From an uncultured Syntrophaceae bacterium (GTDB lineage: Bacteria > Desulfobacterota > Syntrophia > Syntrophales > UBA2192), in contig CAYSDD010000001.1 in NCBI GenBank assembly GCA_964429555.1, positions 15,627 through 79,626 on the forward strand: DNA of 64,000 nucleotides. Reading direction: 5' to 3'. A program made the position numbers and the translations under genes. A model generated the notes under the pieces. It saw nothing but the letters and a program-made list of their open reading frames with translations. It ran no database searches and had not been told where the DNA came from. The stretch's first letter is position 1. Each line of letters begins with the position of its first letter. This document shows positions 54,782 to 64,000 of this stretch, piece after piece.

Positions 54782-55947
54782 GCGCCGAGACCCTGAGCCT
54801 GAACCTGGGCCCTCAGCACCCGAGCACCCACGGGGTTCTGCGCGTCATCCTCGAGCTCGACGGCGAGACCGTTGTCGACGCCCGCCCCGACATCGGCTTT
54901 CTGCACCGGGGCATCGAGAAGCTCGCCGAGAGCCGCACGTACCACCAAGTCATCGTGCTCACCGACCGCCTCGACTACCTGGCGGCCCTGAGCAACAACC
55001 TGGCCTATGTCCTGGCGGTGGAAAAGCTCATGGACATCGAGGTCCCCCGGCGGGCCCGCTACGTCCGCGTCGCCCTGGCCGAGCTGCAGCGGATCGCGAG
55101 CCACCTGTTCTGGCTCGGCACCCACGCCCACGACCTCGGGGCCATGACGCCGCTGTTCTATGCCCTGCGCGAGCGGGAGGCGCTCATGGACATCTTCGAG
55201 ACGCTCTCGGGCTCCCGGCTGACGCCCAGCTTTCTGCGGGTCGGGGGACTGGCGGCCGACATCGACGGCCGCTTTGTCGGGTCCGTGCGGGCCTTCACGG
55301 ACACCTTCCAGAAACGGGTGGACGAGTACGAGACGCTGCTGACGGACAACCCCATCTGGAAGCGCCGGACGAAGGGGGTGGGCGTTCTCGACGCGGGGCA
55401 GTGCATCCGCCTGGGCATTTCGGGTCCCATGCTGCGCAGCGCCGGGGTGCCCCTGGACCTGCGGAGGGCGCAGCCGTACAGCGGCTACGACGAATTTCAT
55501 TTTGAAATACCCACCGGAACGGCAGGCGACGTCTACGACCGGTACCTCGTCCGCATCCGGGAGATGCGCGAAAGCGCCCGCATCGCCCGGCAGGCCGTCG
55601 ACGGGCTCCCCGAGGGTCCCTGGACGGCGTCGGGCTCGCCGGCCGTCTTCCCCGCGAGGGACGAGCTGAAGCACAGCATCGCCGGCCTCATCCGGCATTT
55701 CGGTCTCGTCATGGAGGGCATGAAGCCCCCGGCGGGCGAGGTCTATCACGCCGTCGAGTCGCCGCGGGGAGAGCTGGGGTTCTACATCGTCAGCGACGGC
55801 GGCCCGCGGCCCCTGCGGTTCAAGGTCCGCCCCCCGTCCTTCGTGAACCTCCAGGGCCTCGTGAAGATGATCCGCGGCAGGCTCCTGGCCGACGTGGTGG
55901 CCGTCATCGGGGCCGTGGACATCGTGCTGGCCGAGGTGGACCGGTAA
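54778..55947 (+). CDS. nuoD: NADH-quinone oxidoreductase subunit D
   Basis: LNLGPQHPSTHGVLRVILELDGE...GFLHRGIEKL...DRLDY...ESPRGELGFY...VDIVLAEVDR. Confidence 0.9.
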   Translation: MSAETLSLNLGPQHPSTHGVLRVILELDGETVVDARPDIGFLHRGIEKLAESRTYHQVIVLTDRLDYLAALSNNLAYVLAVEKLMDIEVPRRARYVRVALAELQRIASHLFWLGTHAHDLGAMTPLFYALREREALMDIFETLSGSRLTPSFLRVGGLAADIDGRFVGSVRAFTDTFQKRVDEYETLLTDNPIWKRRTKGVGVLDAGQCIRLGISGPMLRSAGVPLDLRRAQPYSGYDEFHFEIPTGTAGDVYDRYLVRIREMRESARIARQAVDGLPEGPWTASGSPAVFPARDELKHSIAGLIRHFGLVMEGMKPPAGEVYHAVESPRGELGFYIVSDGGPRPLRFKVRPPSFVNLQGLVKMIRGRLLADVVAVIGAVDIVLAEVDR

Positions 55948-55992
55948 AAAAGCAAAGGGCGAAAGGCAATCGGTCAAGGGAGAAGGGAAACG

Positions 55993-56475
55993 ATGAGACA
56001 GGAGCTCGTAAAACAGTTTTCGGAGGAGCAGATGGCGAAAGTGGACGCCCTGATCGAGTCGCACCGCAGGGTGCCCGGCTCCCTGCTCGTGGTGCTCGAG
56101 AAGGCGCAAGACATCACCCTGTACCTGCCCGTGACTCTCCAGCGATACATCGCCGAGGGGATGGGGATCCCTCCGAGCAAGGTTTCCGGCGTGGTGACCT
56201 TCTACTCCTACTTCAGCACCGTCCCGCGGGGACGAAAGGTCGTCAAGGTCTGCAGCGGGACCGCCTGCTACGTGAAACGCTCCGGCGAGATCATGGACCG
56301 GCTCAAGCAGAAGATCGGGGTCGAGGAGGGGGAGGTCTCCGCCGACGGCGAGTACTCCATCGAGGAGGTCCGCTGCCTGGGGGCCTGCGGCCTGGCGCCC
56401 GTCGTCGTCATCGGCGAGGAGACCTTCGGCCTCATCGACCCGGAACACGTGGAGGAGATCATCGAAAAGGCCTGA
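55993..56475 (+). CDS. nuoE: NADH-quinone oxidoreductase subunit E (thioredoxin-like 2Fe-2S)
   Basis: ...SLLVVLEKAQD...VKVCSGTACYVKRSGEI...VRCLGACGLAPVVVI. Confidence 0.9.
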   Translation: MRQELVKQFSEEQMAKVDALIESHRRVPGSLLVVLEKAQDITLYLPVTLQRYIAEGMGIPPSKVSGVVTFYSYFSTVPRGRKVVKVCSGTACYVKRSGEIMDRLKQKIGVEEGEVSADGEYSIEEVRCLGACGLAPVVVIGEETFGLIDPEHVEEIIEKA

Positions 56476-56508
56476 ACCCGGGCTTTTCGGGAAACGGGGT
56501 GCGCGCAC

Positions 56509-56901
56509 ATGACCATCAAGGAATTGACTGAAATCAAGGAAAGCTACATCGACGAGCGGAAGAAAGAGCTCGAGGAGGGCGTGGCGACCGTCGACGTCCA
56601 CATGGGCACCTGCGGCATCGCCGCCGGCGGGCGCAATGTCTTTTCCGCCCTGCAGGGGGAGATCGAGCGCCTCGGGATCGGCCGCGTGAAGCTGCGCGTC
56701 ACGGGCTGCGCGGGGCTCTGCAGCATGGAGCCCATGATCACCGTGCATCTTCCCGGGCAGGCGCCCGTCAAATACGGCAAGCTCGACGCCGCGAAGACCC
56801 GGGAGATCTTCTACAGCCACGTCCTCGGCGGCCGCCCGAAGGCGGAGTACGCCATCGGGCAGGGCCTCGAGAAACCGCAGAAACGGGTGGAGATCGAATG
56901 A
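56509..56901 (+). CDS. Stand-alone thioredoxin-like [2Fe-2S] ferredoxin domain protein inserted between nuoE and nuoF
   Basis: VDVHMGTCGIAAGGRNV...LRVTGCAGLCSMEPMITV has the Cys pattern of the 2Fe-2S domain that is fused to the N-terminus of HydB/HndC-type subunits. Confidence 0.75.
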   Translation: MTIKELTEIKESYIDERKKELEEGVATVDVHMGTCGIAAGGRNVFSALQGEIERLGIGRVKLRVTGCAGLCSMEPMITVHLPGQAPVKYGKLDAAKTREIFYSHVLGGRPKAEYAIGQGLEKPQKRVEIE

Positions 56902-58685
56902 TCTCGTCGGTCAGCAAGATCGCCTACTGCGCGAGCCGGAGCTGCAAGTTCCGCAAGCCCATCGACGTGCGCTCTCTGCTGGAGAGGGCCCTCGACGAAC
57001 TGGGCTATCGCGACCGGATCGGCCTCGTGGAGACCGAGTGCCTGATCTCGTGCTACCAGGGCCCCTCCATCATGTTCCTGCCGGGCGGCAAGGTTTTCCA
57101 GGTCCTCTCGGAGGAGCACTTCACGGAAACGCTGAAGGGCTTCTTCGCCTCGCTGCAGCACCCCACCTCGCCACTGCTGAGCGAGCCCCGCACCGAGAAG
57201 GAGATCCCGGGGATCGAGCACCTGGACTTTTTCGCGAAGCAAAAGCTCATCGTGCTGCGCAACCGGGGCCACATCGACGCCGAGTCGATCGAGGAATACA
57301 TCGCCCACGACGGCTATCTCGCCCTGTACAAGGCCCTGACGGCCATGACGCCCGAGGAGGTCATCGGCGAGGTGAAGCTCTCGGGCCTTCGCGGCCGGGG
57401 CGGCGCGGGGTTCCCCACGGGCACCAAGTGGGAAGAGGCGCGCAAGTACGCCGCCTTCCCGAAGTACGTCATCTGCAACGGCGACGAGGGAGACCCCGGC
57501 GCCTTCATGGACCGCAGCGTCATGGAATCGGATCCCCACGCCGTCCTGGAGGGGATGATCGTCTGCGGCTACGCCATCGGCGCCCGCCAGGGCTACATCT
57601 ACGTCCGGGCCGAGTATCCCCTGGCGCTGCGGATGCTGCGGACGGCCATCGACAGGGCCCGCGAGAAGGGGTTCCTGGGCCGCAACGTCCTGGGCACGGG
57701 ATTCGATTTCGACATCGACATCTACCCCGGGGCGGGGGCCTTCGTCTGCGGCGAGTCGACGGCGCTCATGTACTCCATCGAGGGAAAGCGCGGCATGCCG
57801 CGCATCAAGCCCCCCCGTTCCACCGAGTCGGGCCTCTGGGGCCGGCCCACGTGCCTCAACAACGTGGAGACCTTCGCCAACATCCCCCGGATCATCCTCA
57901 ACGGGGGCGCGTGGTTCCGCGCCATCGGCACCGAGGACAGCACGGGCACGAAGGTCTTTTCGCTGACGGGGGCCGTGAAGAACGTGGGTCTCGTGGAGGT
58001 GCCCATGGGGACGGATTTGCGGACGATCATCTTCGAGATCGGCGGGGGCATCCGGGGCAACGCCCGCTTCAAGGCCGTCCAACTGGGCGGTCCCTCGGGG
58101 GGATGCCTCACGGAACAGCACCTGCACCTGCCGGTGACCTTCGATTCGCTGCAGGACGCCGGCGCCATGATGGGCTCGGGCGGCGTCGTCGTCATGGACG
58201 ACACGAACTGCATGGTGGACGTGGCCCGCTTCTTCACGCAGTTCAGCGTCGACGAGTCCTGCGGCAAGTGCGTTCCCTGCCGCGTGGGCCTCAAGGTCAT
58301 GCTGGGCACGCTGGAGAAGATCATCGTCGGGCAGGGGGAGCCCTCGGACCTGGCGCTCCTGGAGAGGCAGGCCAACCACATCGCCGCCACCTCCCACTGC
58401 GGTCTCGGGCAGGCGGCCCCCAACCCCGTCCTGAGCACCCTGCGCTACTTCCATGACGAGTACGAGGCCCACATCCGCGAGAAACGCTGCCCGGCGCTGG
58501 TCTGCACGGACCTCATCCGCTTCGAGATCGACGCGGAGGCCTGCAAGCGCTGCGGGCTGTGCGCGAAGGTCTGCCCCGTCAATGCCATCTCCTGGCAGAA
58601 GAAGGAGCCGGCCGTCCTGCACCAAGAGAAATGCATCCGCTGCAAGTCCTGCATCCGGGCCTGCAGGTTCAAGGCGATCCACTAG
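56898..58685 (+). CDS. nuoF: NuoF-like NADH dehydrogenase FMN/NAD-binding subunit, extended (595 aa) HydB/HndC-type architecture
   Basis: The N-terminal extra domain has YCASRSC...ECLISC. The NuoF core is GLRGRGGAGFPTGTKW...ICNGDEGDPGAFMDR...ESCGKCVPCR. The C-terminal 2x[4Fe-4S] motifs are CKRCGLCAKVCP and CIRCKSCIRAC. Confidence 0.85.
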   Translation: MISSVSKIAYCASRSCKFRKPIDVRSLLERALDELGYRDRIGLVETECLISCYQGPSIMFLPGGKVFQVLSEEHFTETLKGFFASLQHPTSPLLSEPRTEKEIPGIEHLDFFAKQKLIVLRNRGHIDAESIEEYIAHDGYLALYKALTAMTPEEVIGEVKLSGLRGRGGAGFPTGTKWEEARKYAAFPKYVICNGDEGDPGAFMDRSVMESDPHAVLEGMIVCGYAIGARQGYIYVRAEYPLALRMLRTAIDRAREKGFLGRNVLGTGFDFDIDIYPGAGAFVCGESTALMYSIEGKRGMPRIKPPRSTESGLWGRPTCLNNVETFANIPRIILNGGAWFRAIGTEDSTGTKVFSLTGAVKNVGLVEVPMGTDLRTIIFEIGGGIRGNARFKAVQLGGPSGGCLTEQHLHLPVTFDSLQDAGAMMGSGGVVVMDDTNCMVDVARFFTQFSVDESCGKCVPCRVGLKVMLGTLEKIIVGQGEPSDLALLERQANHIAATSHCGLGQAAPNPVLSTLRYFHDEYEAHIREKRCPALVCTDLIRFEIDAEACKRCGLCAKVCPVNAISWQKKEPAVLHQEKCIRCKSCIRACRFKAIH

Positions 58686-58694
58686 AGGAACCCC

Positions 58695-61031
58695 ATGATC
58701 ACCCTGAAAGTCAACGACATCGAGGTCACCGTCCCGCGGGGGAGCACCATCCTGCAGGCCGCCGAGAAGGCGGGCGTTTTCGTGCCGACGCTCTGCCACG
58801 ACAAGCGGATCGCCCCCTTCGGGGCCTGCCGCCTCTGCGTCGTCGAGGACCGGAAGAAGCCCGGCAGCCTGATCCCGTCGTGCTTCACCCCCGCGCGGGA
58901 CCGCATGGAGATCCTCACGGAGACCCCCGCCGTACTCGACGCCGTGCGGACCCAGCTGCAGCTCATCCTCGTGAACCACCCCCTGGACTGCCCCGTGTGC
59001 GACAAGGCCGGCGAGTGTACCCTGCAGGACCTGGTGATCCGCTACAACATCACCGAGTCCCCTTTCGGGACAGAGCGTTTCGCGCGCTATGTGGATCGCC
59101 GCTCGCCGCTCATCGAGCGCGACATGACCCGCTGCGTCCTGTGCGGCCGCTGCGTGCGGATCTGCGGCGAGCTGCAGGGCCGGGACGAGCTGGAGTTTCT
59201 CCACCGGGGCCACCGGACGGTTGTGGGAACCGACGGGGGCCGGCCCCTCGATTGCGACTTCTGCGGGCTCTGCGTCTCCACCTGTCCCGTGGGCGCGCTC
59301 AACGACAAGCTCTTCAAGGACCGGACCCGCGTCTGGAAACTTCGGCAGGAAACCACCGTCTGCAGCCACTGCGGCCTCGCCTGCCGGGCCGACTTCCACC
59401 TGGAAGAGGGACGGCTGCGGCGCGTGACACCGGCCGCCGCGTCGGGAGGCGAAAAAGGCCTTCTCTGCGCGAGGGGGCAGTTCGGCTGGCGTGCCTTCGA
59501 GAGCCCCGGCCGTCTCGGCGCCCCGAAGCTCCGCAGGGACGGGGCGTTGTGCGAGGCCGGCTGGGACGAGGCCGTCGGCCATGCGGCGAAGGCCCTCGAC
59601 GACATCCGGCGCGCCCACGGCGCGGCGTCGATCGCCCTGCTCACGGCGGACCATCTCACGACGGAGGAGGCGGCTGCCTGGGGCGCCTTCTGGCGGGACA
59701 CCCTGGGCGGCGGCCCGATCGGCTCGATCCAGGCGGGCGGGTACCGCCGGATCCTCGAGATCCTCGAAGGCGCCCGGGGCACGCGGGTCGCAGTGGGGAC
59801 CCTCCGGGATCTCGACGAAGCGAATGTCCTCATCGTCCTGGGAGGAGGGGCAGCCGAGATGCACCCCGTGCTCAAGCCCCTCGTCAACGGCTGGATGAAA
59901 AAGGGCGACAGGCAACTCGCCGTCGTCTCGTCCTGGCCCGACGCCCTGACACGGCGGGCGACACTTGCCCTCACCGTCGGCCCCGGGCTGGTGGAGGAAT
60001 TCTGCGCGGAGCTTCTCGAGGCCCTCGGCCCGGAGAGGATAAATCCCCCGGCTGACCTGGCGCGGTTCGGCATCGACTCCTGCGCCCTGGCCCGCCTCAT
60101 CGGCCTGCTCGAGGAAAAGCGGGACATCGCGGTGCTCGTCGCGCCGGAGCCCTGCGGGGACAACCGGCACAAGGCGCGCCTGGCGGCATACCTGCAGGAC
60201 CGGGTTCGGGCCGTTGTGCCCTTGGGAGGGCAGGCCAACAGCGCCGGCGCCGTGTTCGAAGCGGGCTTTACCTCCGGTGAAGTGGCCGTCGACGGGCTGT
60301 CTCTTGTCGAGGCCATTGAGGCCGGCCGCATCCGGGCACTCTACCTCCTGGGCGAAGATCCCCTCGAGAGCCTGCCTGACCCGTCGCGGGTGCGGCAGGC
60401 CATGGAAAAGCTCGACTGCATCGTCTGCCAGGGCCCCTTCGAAACGGCCGTCACCGGCCTTGCGCACGTGGTCCTGCCCGCGGCCCTCCTCCACGAGAAG
60501 CGGGGGACCGTTCTGTCGCTCCTGGGGGAGAAGCGCACCCTCCGTCCCGTGCTGCCCCCCTTCGGGCGGTCCCGGCCGGACGGGGAGATCCTCCGGGCCC
60601 TCGCCGCGGCCCTCGGCAGCGAGGCCGTGCCCCGCGTGCCGGCTGCCCCGGCGGCGCAGAAGACGGCGATCCCGTCCGTGGGCGCCGTGCCCCGGGATGC
60701 CGGGCAGGGGATGCCCTTCATTCTCGAGGCGGTGCCCTCGCTTTTCGGCGATGGGATCCTGTCGAGGCAGAGCCCCGATCTGGCGCAGCTGCGCCGGGGC
60801 CTCCGGGTCGTGATGAGCGCCGGGGACTTCGAGCGCCTGGGGCTTGCGGAGCGTGAGATCGTGGAGGTCAGGACTCCCTTCGGCTGCGCCCGGGCCGAGG
60901 CGGAGCGGGACGCGGCCGTGCCGTGCAGCCGGCTTCTCCTGCGGCACGCGGCGGGCAGCGCCGCAGGTCTTTCCCTCACCCGGCCGGGCACAAGCGCCGT
61001 GCCGGCGGCCATTGCGAGGATCGGGACATGA
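58695..61031 (+). CDS. nuoG: NADH-quinone oxidoreductase subunit G
   Basis: The N-terminal 2Fe-2S region is LCHDKRIAPFGACRLCVV, followed by HPLDCPVCDKAGEC, CVLCGRCVRIC and CDFCGLCVSTCPVGAL, and then a molybdopterin-oxidoreductase-like domain. Confidence 0.85.
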   Translation: MITLKVNDIEVTVPRGSTILQAAEKAGVFVPTLCHDKRIAPFGACRLCVVEDRKKPGSLIPSCFTPARDRMEILTETPAVLDAVRTQLQLILVNHPLDCPVCDKAGECTLQDLVIRYNITESPFGTERFARYVDRRSPLIERDMTRCVLCGRCVRICGELQGRDELEFLHRGHRTVVGTDGGRPLDCDFCGLCVSTCPVGALNDKLFKDRTRVWKLRQETTVCSHCGLACRADFHLEEGRLRRVTPAAASGGEKGLLCARGQFGWRAFESPGRLGAPKLRRDGALCEAGWDEAVGHAAKALDDIRRAHGAASIALLTADHLTTEEAAAWGAFWRDTLGGGPIGSIQAGGYRRILEILEGARGTRVAVGTLRDLDEANVLIVLGGGAAEMHPVLKPLVNGWMKKGDRQLAVVSSWPDALTRRATLALTVGPGLVEEFCAELLEALGPERINPPADLARFGIDSCALARLIGLLEEKRDIAVLVAPEPCGDNRHKARLAAYLQDRVRAVVPLGGQANSAGAVFEAGFTSGEVAVDGLSLVEAIEAGRIRALYLLGEDPLESLPDPSRVRQAMEKLDCIVCQGPFETAVTGLAHVVLPAALLHEKRGTVLSLLGEKRTLRPVLPPFGRSRPDGEILRALAAALGSEAVPRVPAAPAAQKTAIPSVGAVPRDAGQGMPFILEAVPSLFGDGILSRQSPDLAQLRRGLRVVMSAGDFERLGLAEREIVEVRTPFGCARAEAERDAAVPCSRLLLRHAAGSAAGLSLTRPGTSAVPAAIARIGT

Positions 61032-61987
61032 CGACAGCGGATTTCCTGTGGGGCGTAGTGCGGATCGTCCTCATCTTTTCGGCCGTCATGGGCCTTGTCG
61101 CCTATATGACCCTGATGGAGAGACGCTTTTTGGGCTTCTTCCAGGTCCGGCTGGGCCCCAACCGCGTCGGCCCCGGGGGCCTGCTGCAGCCGATCGCCGA
61201 CGGGATCAAGCTCCTCTTCAAGGAGGACATGACCGTCTCCCATGCGAACCGCTTCTGGTTTCTCCTGGCGCCGGCCATCGCGCTCGTGTCGGTGCTGGCC
61301 TGCTTCGCCGTCGTGCCGGCCTCGCCGACGGTCGTCGTGGCGGATCTGCCCGTGGCCGTCCTGTACCTCCTGGCCCTCTCTTCCCTGGGCGTCTACGGCA
61401 TCCTGATGGCCGGCTGGTCTTCCAACAACACGTACTCGCTGCTGGGCGGGCTGCGGGCCGCCGCCCAGATGATCAGCTACGAAATCCCGCTGGCGCTGTC
61501 CGTCGTGGGCGTGCTGATCCTCGCCGGCTCCATGAGCCTCGTCGAGATCGTGAAGGCCCAGGAGGGGCTCTGGTTCGCCGTGAAGCAGCCCCTGGGGTTT
61601 GCCCTTTTTCTGATCTGCATCTCCGCGGAGACCAACCGCACGCCCTTCGACCTGCTGGAGTGCGAAAACGAACTGGTCGCCGGCTACCAGACGGAGTATT
61701 CCTCCATGAAGTTCGGGCTCTTCTACATGGCCGAGTACGCCCACATCCTGCTGGCCTCGTGCCTGGTGAGCCTCTTCTTCCTGGGCGGCTGGAACGGCCC
61801 GCTGCTGCCGGCGCCCCTGTGGCTGCTCGTCAAGGTCTTCTTCGTCTTTGCGGCGTTCATCTGGGTACGGGCCACCTTCCCCCGCATCCGCTACGATCAG
61901 CTGATGGGATTTTCCTGGAAGGTGCTGCTGCCGCTTGCCTTCGTGAACCTGATGGCGACGGCGGCGCTGACGGTACTCCTTTCGTGA
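61028..61987 (+). CDS. nuoH: NADH-quinone oxidoreductase subunit H
   Basis: LMERRFLGFFQVRLGPNRVGPGGLLQPIADGIKLLFKED...ETNRTPFDLLECENELVAGYQTEYS; the start ATGA overlaps nuoG. Confidence 0.9.
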   Translation: MTTADFLWGVVRIVLIFSAVMGLVAYMTLMERRFLGFFQVRLGPNRVGPGGLLQPIADGIKLLFKEDMTVSHANRFWFLLAPAIALVSVLACFAVVPASPTVVVADLPVAVLYLLALSSLGVYGILMAGWSSNNTYSLLGGLRAAAQMISYEIPLALSVVGVLILAGSMSLVEIVKAQEGLWFAVKQPLGFALFLICISAETNRTPFDLLECENELVAGYQTEYSSMKFGLFYMAEYAHILLASCLVSLFFLGGWNGPLLPAPLWLLVKVFFVFAAFIWVRATFPRIRYDQLMGFSWKVLLPLAFVNLMATAALTVLLS

Positions 61988-61996
61988 GGAAATGAC

Positions 61997-62422
61997 ATGA
62001 GCAAGGCCCTGCTGAAGGGGTTGGCCCTGACCCTGCAGACGTTTTTCCGAAAGCCCGTCACGGTGCAGTACCCCGACGAGAAGCGGCCCGTTCCGGGTCG
62101 CTTCCGGGGGCGGCCGGCACTCGTCGCCCGCGAGGACGGCGCGCCCCGCTGCGTGGCCTGCGGCCTCTGCGAGAAGATCTGCCCGAGCCTCTGCATCGCC
62201 GTCACGGCCGAAACGGGCCCCGAGGGCATCCGGGCGCTTGCCCGCTACCGCCTCGATCTCAACCGATGCTCCTTCTGCGGGCTCTGCGTCGAGGCCTGCC
62301 CGGTGGAGGCCATCATCATGAGCGCCGACTACGAACTGGCCGCCGCCGGCCGCGAGTCCCTTGTCTGGGACAAGGGGCGCCTGCCGGCCGGGTCTGGCCG
62401 GGCCGGGGAGGGACGATCATGA
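61997..62422 (+). CDS. nuoI: NADH-quinone oxidoreductase subunit I
   Basis: Two ferredoxin motifs are present: [12 protein letters not shown] and [12 protein letters not shown]. Confidence 0.9.
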   Translation: MSKALLKGLALTLQTFFRKPVTVQYPDEKRPVPGRFRGRPALVAREDGAPRCVACGLCEKICPSLCIAVTAETGPEGIRALARYRLDLNRCSFCGLCVEACPVEAIIMSADYELAAAGRESLVWDKGRLPAGSGRAGEGRS

Positions 62423-62928
62423 TCGAGACAGTCCTCTTCTGGGTTCTGGCCGCCGCTTCCGTCGCCTCCGCCCTGGGGGTCGTCGCCCTGCGAAGCCCCG
62501 TTGGCAGCGTCATGGCGCTGCTTGCGGCCATGCTGGCCACGGCGGGTCTCTACGCCCTCATGGGGGCGCCCGTGCTGGCCCTCTTCCAGGTCATCGTCTA
62601 TATCGGGGCCGTCCTCGTGCTCTTCCTGTTCGTCGTCATGCTCCTCGATCTCAAGGGGACCACTGCCCGCGGGAGGCCCTCGGCCCGTGCCGCGGCGGCG
62701 GGCGCGGCCGGCATCGGACTCACGGCGGCGGCAGCCTGGGGGGCATGGAAGGGTTTTTCGCAGGCGGCCCCCGTGGGCGGTCTTCGTCCCGCGCCCGGCA
62801 TTTCCGAGATCGCCATCGACCTCTTCGGCCGGCATCTGCTCGTCTTCGAGTTGACCTCCGTGCTGCTCCTGGCCGCGGCCGTCGGGGCCGTGTTCGTCAG
62901 CCGGACGAAAAAAAGGAGGCCCTCATGA
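62419..62928 (+). CDS. nuoJ: NADH-quinone oxidoreductase subunit J
   Basis: [35 protein letters not shown]...[21 protein letters not shown]; the start ATGA overlaps nuoI. Confidence 0.85.
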   Translation: MIETVLFWVLAAASVASALGVVALRSPVGSVMALLAAMLATAGLYALMGAPVLALFQVIVYIGAVLVLFLFVVMLLDLKGTTARGRPSARAAAAGAAGIGLTAAAAWGAWKGFSQAAPVGGLRPAPGISEIAIDLFGRHLLVFELTSVLLLAAAVGAVFVSRTKKRRPS

Positions 62929-63224
62929 GCCTGGAACACGTCGTCGGATTGGGGATCGTCCTCTTCGCCATCGGGGCGGCGGGGTTCTTCGTCCGCTCCA
63001 ACGCCCTCGTGCTGCTTCTGTGCGTCGAGCTCATGCTCAACGCCGTGAACCTGATCCTCGCGGGGTTTTCCCGCTACCTCCACGGGACGGATGGGCAGGT
63101 CTTCGTCTTCATGATCATGACGGTGGCCGCCGCGGAGGCCGCCGTGGGGCTTGCCATTCTCGTGGCCCTCTGCCGGCTCCTCGGGACCCTCGACATGAGC
63201 CGGATCAACATCCTGAAAGGGTAA
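62925..63224 (+). CDS. nuoK: NADH-quinone oxidoreductase subunit K
   Basis: ...[20 protein letters not shown]...[18 protein letters not shown]; 99 aa. Confidence 0.9.
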   Translation: MSLEHVVGLGIVLFAIGAAGFFVRSNALVLLLCVELMLNAVNLILAGFSRYLHGTDGQVFVFMIMTVAAAEAAVGLAILVALCRLLGTLDMSRINILKG

Positions 63225-63229
63225 GCGCC

Positions 63230-64000
63230 ATGCTGTCCGAATCGATCTGGATCCTTCCCGCCCTGCCTGCCCTGGGGGCCCTGGCCAACGGCCTTCTCGG
63301 CGCCCGGTGGAGCGAAAAAGGCATTGCCGCCGTCGCCATCGGTTCCGTGGGCCTCGCGCTGGCGGCGGCCCTCGCCCTGCTGGCGGAGATGCTTGCCGGC
63401 CCGGCCGACCGGGCGTTCTCGGTCACGCTGTGGAGGTGGCTCTCCGACGGGGCGCTCCGCATCGAGACGGGCTTCGTGCTCGACCGCCTCGCCATGGTCA
63501 TGGTCATGGTCATCCTCTTCGTGGGGTTTCTCATCCACCTTTACTCGGCCGGTTACATGAAGGGCGATACCGGGTACCGCCGCTTCTTCGTCTGCCTCAA
63601 CCTCTTCGTCTTCTTCATGCTCGTCCTCGTGCTGGCCGACAACCTGGTGGTCACCTTCGTCGGCTGGGAGGGCGTGGGGTTGTGCTCGTACCTGCTCATC
63701 GGGTTCTGGCACGAGAAGACCTCGGCCTGCGACGCCGGCCGCAAGGCCTTCGTCGTCAACCGCATCGGCGACTACGGGTTTCTCCTGGGGACCCTGCTGG
63801 CCGCTGTGACCTTCGGGACGGTCAACTACGGGGACCTCGCCCGCCTCCTGGCGACGGGCCCCGCCGTCTCCGAAGGCACCGTCGCCGCCGTCGCCCTGCT
63901 GCTCTTCATGGGGGCTATGGGCAAATCGGCCCAGTTCCCTCTCCACGTCTGGCTGCCCGACGCCATGGAGGGCCCCACGCCGGTCTCGGCCCTGATCCAC
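63230..64000 (+). CDS. nuoL: NADH-quinone oxidoreductase subunit L, N-terminal 257 aa (continues past the window end)
   Basis: Not in the ORF track because there is no stop in the window. My translation from ATG 63230 reads MLSESIWILPALPALGALANGLLG...FVGWEGVGLCSYLLIGFWH...MGKSAQFPLHVWLPDAMEGPTPVSALIH. Confidence 0.85.
   Translation, partial: MLSESIWILPALPALGALANGLLGARWSEKGIAAVAIGSVGLALAAALALLAEMLAGPADRAFSVTLWRWLSDGALRIETGFVLDRLAMVMVMVILFVGFLIHLYSAGYMKGDTGYRRFFVCLNLFVFFMLVLVLADNLVVTFVGWEGVGLCSYLLIGFWHEKTSACDAGRKAFVVNRIGDYGFLLGTLLAAVTFGTVNYGDLARLLATGPAVSEGTVAAVALLLFMGAMGKSAQFPLHVWLPDAMEGPTPVSALIH

Noticed and set aside
56811-60947. 1378-aa ORF on the minus strand
   Set aside because: It lies exactly antisense to nuoF/nuoG, whose products carry unmistakable Fe-S and FMN motifs. 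Its translation is Arg/Gly/Pro/Ala-rich low-complexity sequence with no recognisable domain, which is typical of open antisense frames in high-GC DNA.

Overview
This is a 64-kb window from a visibly GC-rich genome in which third codon positions are mostly G/C. TonB/TonB-dependent receptor genes, lipoboxes, butyrate kinase, sigma-54 promoters and an Fe-S-rich Nuo suggest a Gram-negative, anaerobe-like organism. My guess is a Desulfobacterota/deltaproteobacterial lineage, but this is unverified. Almost all of the many long antisense or off-frame ORFs in the six-frame track are GC artefacts. I support about 62 protein genes, in these blocks: (1) 1-8.5 kb holds miscellaneous genes: a buk fragment, a DMT transporter, a flavoprotein, an MBL hydrolase, lipoproteins, cyclophilin, an MFS transporter and a secreted FN3 protein behind a sigma-54-type promoter. 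(2) 8.6-11.0 kb holds cbiA-cbiB on the minus strand. (3) 11.06-12.37 kb is a 1.3-kb IS element with a DDE transposase. (4) Next come rnk and a PAS sensor with a Cys/His tail. (5) 13.9-14.6 kb holds a compact minus-strand operon of four unannotated micro-ORFs (27-48 aa) that share a W-x-D-P-M-C/S-F-P core. I do not recognise this family, and it is my best candidate for something undescribed. (6) Two tiny membrane proteins follow. (7) 16-28.5 kb is a hexuronate/KDG-type sugar-acid island: uxaC, an SDR, an IclR regulator, tctBAC, a lone DctP, an M24-fold protein, a Gfo/Idh/MocA oxidoreductase, kdgK, eda and an Ldh_2 protein. It has no recognisable dehydratase. (8) 28.6-34.7 kb is a B12 uptake locus (btuF, btuCD, a TonB-dependent receptor, tonB) with two cobalamin riboswitches. 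(9) 34.9-51.8 kb is a contiguous 17-gene aromatic amino-acid supraoperon: all seven shikimate steps, pheA, tyrA, an embedded ogt, and trpEGDCFBA. Two leader-peptide attenuators control it, with aromatic runs [10 protein letters not shown] and WWW. (10) A sigma-54-dependent response regulator is followed by a near-consensus sigma-54 promoter and nuoA-L. This operon has an extra 2Fe-2S ferredoxin and an extended HydB-type NuoF. The first gene (buk) and the last gene (nuoL) run off the window. nuoL is absent from the ORF track because it has no in-window stop. All coordinates for RNA elements, promoters and start codons were read by eye and may be off by a few nucleotides.
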